From Gemmatimonadota bacterium (GTDB lineage: Bacteria; Gemmatimonadota; Gemmatimonadetes; Palauibacterales; Palauibacteraceae): DNA of 31,337 nt. Below the pieces are notes generated by a model. The model saw only the letters and a list, made by a program, of their open reading frames with translations. It searched no databases and was not told the DNA's origin. This document shows, piece by piece, positions 27,513-31,337 of this stretch (its first letter is position 1; the number at the start of each line of letters is the position of its first letter). The position numbers were made by a program, and so were the translations under genes. The stretch is from NCBI GenBank assembly GCA_039588275.1, contig JBDHAC010000048.1, forward strand, positions 1 through 31,337, written 5' to 3'.

Positions 27513-29858
27513 TCACACGTGTACCTCCAGGCGAGCGTAGGGCTGAGCCCGGCCCTCCAGCTCCGCCAGGATCACGTCAGTCGTCAACGGCGTACGGCAC
27601 AGACACACCCCGCCGAGGGCGTCGGAGATCGCCGAGACAATCGCGGCCGAGCCGGCACCGATGGGCGGCTCGCCGATCCCCTTCGCGCCAACCGGGTTCT
27701 CCGGATCGGGCTGATCCACCGCTCCCCAATCCATCTCCAGCGGCGCGTCCAGGATTCCCGGTGGTCGTGCCGTATAGAAGCGGTGCGCGAAGGGCACGCC
27801 CCACTTGGGATCGAACACCCATTTCTGGCTCCGCGCCTGCCCGAACCCTTGCACGCCGCCGCCGTGAATCTGAGACGCGACGTTGCGCGGGTGGAGAACC
27901 GTGCCGCAGTCCGCGGCCCCGGTGTACTCCTTGATCTCCACCACGCCGGTCTCCACGTCGACCTCTACACGTGCGAACCCGGCTACCCATGACCAGGTCC
28001 CGCCGTCGTGCGAGTAGTTGTCCCTGGCGACCCCCATGAGTCCCCGCCCCGCGAGCCCACCCGCCGCGCTGACGGTCACGGCGTGGATGTCATCGGGAAG
28101 CTCCTATCCGATGTAGCGAGACGGCGACGACCTCGAGAACACACGCCCATCCGCGGTGTCGTAATCGTCCGGGGAGCCACCGAGATCACGTGCCGCGATC
28201 TCCTGCAGCTTCCGTTTCGCATCCATCGCGGCCGCGTGGTTCGCGCGCGTGTGCGCGTGCGCGGTCTGGCTGCCGGCCTGCACCGAGCTCCAGGGCAGGT
28301 GCTCGGACGTGTCGCCCCAGATGATCGAACAGCGATCCCACGGCATCCCCAGAACGTCGGCCGCTGCCCTGGCCGTGTCCGCGAACGAGTGGGTGCCGAG
28401 GTTGCCAATCCCCTGGTGGATGTAGAGGTCGCCATCGGGCCGGATCACCATCAAGCCATCGAAGCCCGATGACCCGCCCACGTATGGGCTGAGCCCGACG
28501 CCCACGCCGGTGACCTTGGTGCCCTCGCGCCTGCCGCTGAGACGGCTCTTCTCCTCCCACCCGAAGACCTCGGCGCCTCGGTCCAGGGCCTCACGGACGT
28601 AGGCGCTGGTGAGGCCACCCTGGTTCGGGCCGAATCGCGAATCGTGATCCGGCGCGTTGACCCGCCGCACTTGCACCCGGTCTATGCCCAGCTCGCGCGC
28701 GGCCTTGTCCATGAGCGGCTCGAGCATGGCGACGATCTGCGCCCCGCCCGGCGCGCGCTGGGCCGAGCGCGGGGGCGTGTTGGTGTACACGGTGATCCCG
28801 CGGAATCTCATCGCCGCAGGTTGGTACATGAGCGATGCGACCGCCGATGCGGACGTGTGGTCTCCCGACCTGCCGTAGGAGCCATGGTCCTGGACGATGT
28901 ACAGGTCGATCGCGGTGACGACCCCGTCGTTCCGCCACCCGATCCTGGTCCACGCCTGGAACCCCGGTCGGGCGCGACCGATGTAGTGCTCCTCGTAGCG
29001 CGTGATTCGCAGCATCACGGGGCGGCCCACCTTGCGGGAGAGCAGGGCCGGCACGTGCATGATCGGGCTCATCGTGATCTTCGAGCCGAAGCCCCCGCCG
29101 CAGTACGGGCCGACGAACACCACGTCATCGGGTTCCATGTCCAGCGAATTGGCGAGCGATACACGAGCCCGCGCCGTGCTCTGGGTGGAGCCGTACAGGT
29201 GCAGCTTCCCGTTCTGCCAGTACGCCATGCAGCTTCGCGGCTCCATGGGGTGATGTGTGAGCGACTGGTGGACGCTGGTGTCCTCGAGGATCAAGTCCGC
29301 TTCGGCAAAGCCCGCGTCGAGATCGCCGACGCTCCACTCGTCCACGTGCTCGCCCAACGGGAGCTGGCCCTCGGCCGTTGCCTCGAAATCGGCCTCCGTC
29401 CACTTGACCGTCTTCAGCTCGCGACCCTCGATGGTGTTCCCGCCGGTGCGGGCGTTGGGGCCGTCCGGGCGCAGGCTCTCGAGCGGGTCCAGGACGAAGG
29501 GGAGCGGCTCGAGGTCGACCTCTATCGCCTCGATCGCGTCGGCCGCCGTGGTCTCATCCACCGCAGCCACCGCGAGGATCGGCTCACCGACGTAATGCGG
29601 CTCGCTCGCGAGCGCCCGCTCGCTGGGAGGATCGGCAGCGGGGAGATCGTCGGCGGTCAGGATGTCGATGACACCCGGCATCGCGAGCGCACGGCTGGCA
29701 TCGATGCTCCGGACGCGGGCGTGCGGCATCGGGCTGAGGAGGAGCTTCGCGAACAGCATCCCCTCCGCCCGGAAATCCTCGGCGAACTTGGCCGCCCCCG
29801 TGATCTTGGCCACGAGGTCGGGTGGAACGATGTCCTGACCGATCAGCTTTTCCGCCAT
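27513..29858 (-). pseudogene. Xanthine-dehydrogenase-family molybdopterin subunit (PaoC/YagR-like), interrupted by an in-frame TAG at 28106-28104
   Basis: ORFs 28104..29858 and 27513..28079 share a frame. AKITGAAKFAED, HHPMEPR, GGGFGSK and QRAPG precede the stop; VEVDVETG, QIHGG and AKGIGEPP (catalytic Glu) follow it. Confidence 0.8.
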
Positions 29859-29963
29859 GGTCTGTCGTCTCCGCTAGTGGCAGGCCGCTGAGGAACTCGA
29901 ACGGGCCTCGCTACGCGCTCCCCGGGGGTAGGCCCGGGACGTCGCGCCGCGATCGCCGTCGGC

Positions 29964-30599
29964 CTATGCGCGTCGTGCGTACTCGGCGGCGCGCATGGCA
30001 GAGTCCAGGATTTTGTTGTAGTCACCACAGCGGCACAGATTGCCGGAGAGGTGGTGTGCGGCCTCTTCGCGCGTGGGGCTCGGGTTCTCGTTCACCATGG
30101 CGACCATGCTCATGATGATTCCGGGCGCACAGAACGCGCATTGGAAGCCACCTTCATCGAGCACGCCTTGCTGTACCGGGTGAAGCTCACCGTCTTCGCC
30201 GGCCAGCCCTTCGATCGTCGTGATCTCGCGTTCCAGAACGGCGTTCGTGAGGAGCGAGCACGAGTAGTGCGGGACTCCGTCGATCAGCACCGTGCAGGCA
30301 CCACATTCGGCGCGGTCACAGCCTAGCTTCGTCCCGGTGAGTCCGAGCTTGTAACGCAGCGTCATCGCCAGCGTCTCTTGCGGCAGGACATCTACCCGTC
30401 GGGACTGACCGTTCACGCTCAGGGTCATCAGGCGGGGCATGCTGCTGCGGACGGAGGGGCTGCCGGCCACGGCGCTCGAGGCGCGGAACAGGTAGCCGGT
30501 GGAGGAAACCGCCGCGCCGGCGGCAATCACCCCCTTTATGAAGCTCCGTCTGGAATAGGGACGCGGCTCGGATTCGACGATGATCTCGATGTCACTCAT
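29964..30599 (-). CDS. 2x[2Fe-2S] subunit with Tat signal (PaoA/YagT-like)
   Basis: Start ATG 30599 after GAGGT. Twin-arginine motif SRRSFIKG, then GTKLGCDRAECGACTV, FQCAFCAPG and GNLCRCGDY. Confidence 0.92.
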   Translation of the reverse strand: MSDIEIIVESEPRPYSRRSFIKGVIAAGAAVSSTGYLFRASSAVAGSPSVRSSMPRLMTLSVNGQSRRVDVLPQETLAMTLRYKLGLTGTKLGCDRAECGACTVLIDGVPHYSCSLLTNAVLEREITTIEGLAGEDGELHPVQQGVLDEGGFQCAFCAPGIIMSMVAMVNENPSPTREEAAHHLSGNLCRCGDYNKILDSAMRAAEYARRA

Positions 30600-30755
30600 G
30601 ATCGACCTCGACATGGGCATCACGCAGCGTCGCTTGAGCATCCTGGGACACGCGTGGCTTCCAGACAAGACGTGCGGGCGGTTGCCGCGGCGAGGGTCGG
30701 TGGCCAAGGTGACGGCATTGGCGAGCACCTACCCGATGAGCACGAGCGGAGGCGT

Positions 30756-31235
30756 ATGGAAGACGTTGCGGTCCGGCCCGCGGTCGCGGCAGATGTACCG
30801 GCGCTCGAGCGCCTATGGGTCGAGTTCATCGACCACCACGCGGAGGGAGACCGCTACTTCAAGCGAGCGCCCGGGGCCGCGCGGATCCATGGGGTTCGCC
30901 TCGCGGAGGAGCTGGACCGGGATGACCGCTTGATCCTGCTCGCGGAAAGCGCGGGCGAGCCCGTCGGGTTCGCGATCGCCGAGATCCGCGGCGCGTCCGA
31001 ATTGTTCCTCGTCGGGCCATATGGTTTCGTCCGAGATCTGGGCGTCACCCGGAGCGCACGCCAGCTGGGGGTAGGCCAGCGGCTGTATGCCGAGGTGCTG
31101 GCGTGGTTCGCTGAGCGCGGGGTGCGGAGGGCGGAGTTGGATGTGACCGTGAAGAACGAGGCAGCGCTCAGATTCTGGGAACGGTTCGGGTACCGCCCGC
31201 TGTACCTCCGCATGACCGTGGACCTGTCCGACTGA
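30756..31235 (+). CDS. GNAT family N-acetyltransferase
   Basis: ATG 30756 after GGAGG. VRPAVAADVPAL, LGVTRSARQLGVGQRL (motif A) and NEAALRFWERFGY. Confidence 0.88.
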   Translation: MEDVAVRPAVAADVPALERLWVEFIDHHAEGDRYFKRAPGAARIHGVRLAEELDRDDRLILLAESAGEPVGFAIAEIRGASELFLVGPYGFVRDLGVTRSARQLGVGQRLYAEVLAWFAERGVRRAELDVTVKNEAALRFWERFGYRPLYLRMTVDLSD

Positions 31236-31289
31236 GGGCTGGCTGTCCCCCTCACCCCCGGCACGGCCGCCCGTGAGCAGCCACGCAGA

Positions 31290-31337
31290 TCATGAGGTCC
31301 GATCGCTCAGCTCGCGATTCAGCCATGCCCGCGCCAC
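31290..31337 (-). CDS. C-terminal end of a probable ECF sigma factor (partial)
   Basis: Minus-strand frame VARAWLNRELSDRTS* resembles the 'ARAWLxREL' terminus of an ECF sigma subfamily. Only 15 codons are visible. Confidence 0.55.
   Translation of the reverse strand: MARAWLNRELSDRTS

Noticed and set aside
28104..28106. Pyrrolysine or genome-wide TAG reassignment
   Set aside because: TAG is the ordinary stop of many intact genes here (e.g. 10233, 22451, 29964), no pyl genes are in the window, and a deletion explains the site more simply.

Overview
GC-rich bacterial chromosomal segment of mostly metabolic and accessory genes. The eukaryote-like Ser/Thr kinase N-termini, DUF5916-type outer-membrane protein and ECF sigma tail suggest Gemmatimonadota, but that is inference. 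There is no rRNA, tRNA, CRISPR array or recognisable mobile element. In order it holds: a partial Ser/Thr kinase, diaminopropionate ammonia-lyase, a cold-shock protein with a (TEA)n tail, a thermonuclease, a 3-gene ThDP-enzyme/GMC-oxidoreductase operon, a DAO-family oxidase, a divergent rhodanese / SelD-N-terminal-like flavoprotein pair, a DUF5916 beta-barrel, a GH123-like + CBM pair, a TPR lipoprotein, a DEGS-like (sphingolipid delta-4) desaturase, an S9 peptidase, a TerB-like-repeat/dodecin fusion, a kinase pseudogene, arsR-acr3, a Tat-exported PaoABC-like molybdoenzyme operon with cytochrome b, a GNAT and an ECF sigma tail. Most notable are the dodecin fusion, the in-frame TAG and the frameshift in adjacent molybdoenzyme subunits, the DEGS-like desaturase, and two possible translational-coupling mini-ORFs. 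All family calls come from motif recognition by eye; no searches were run.
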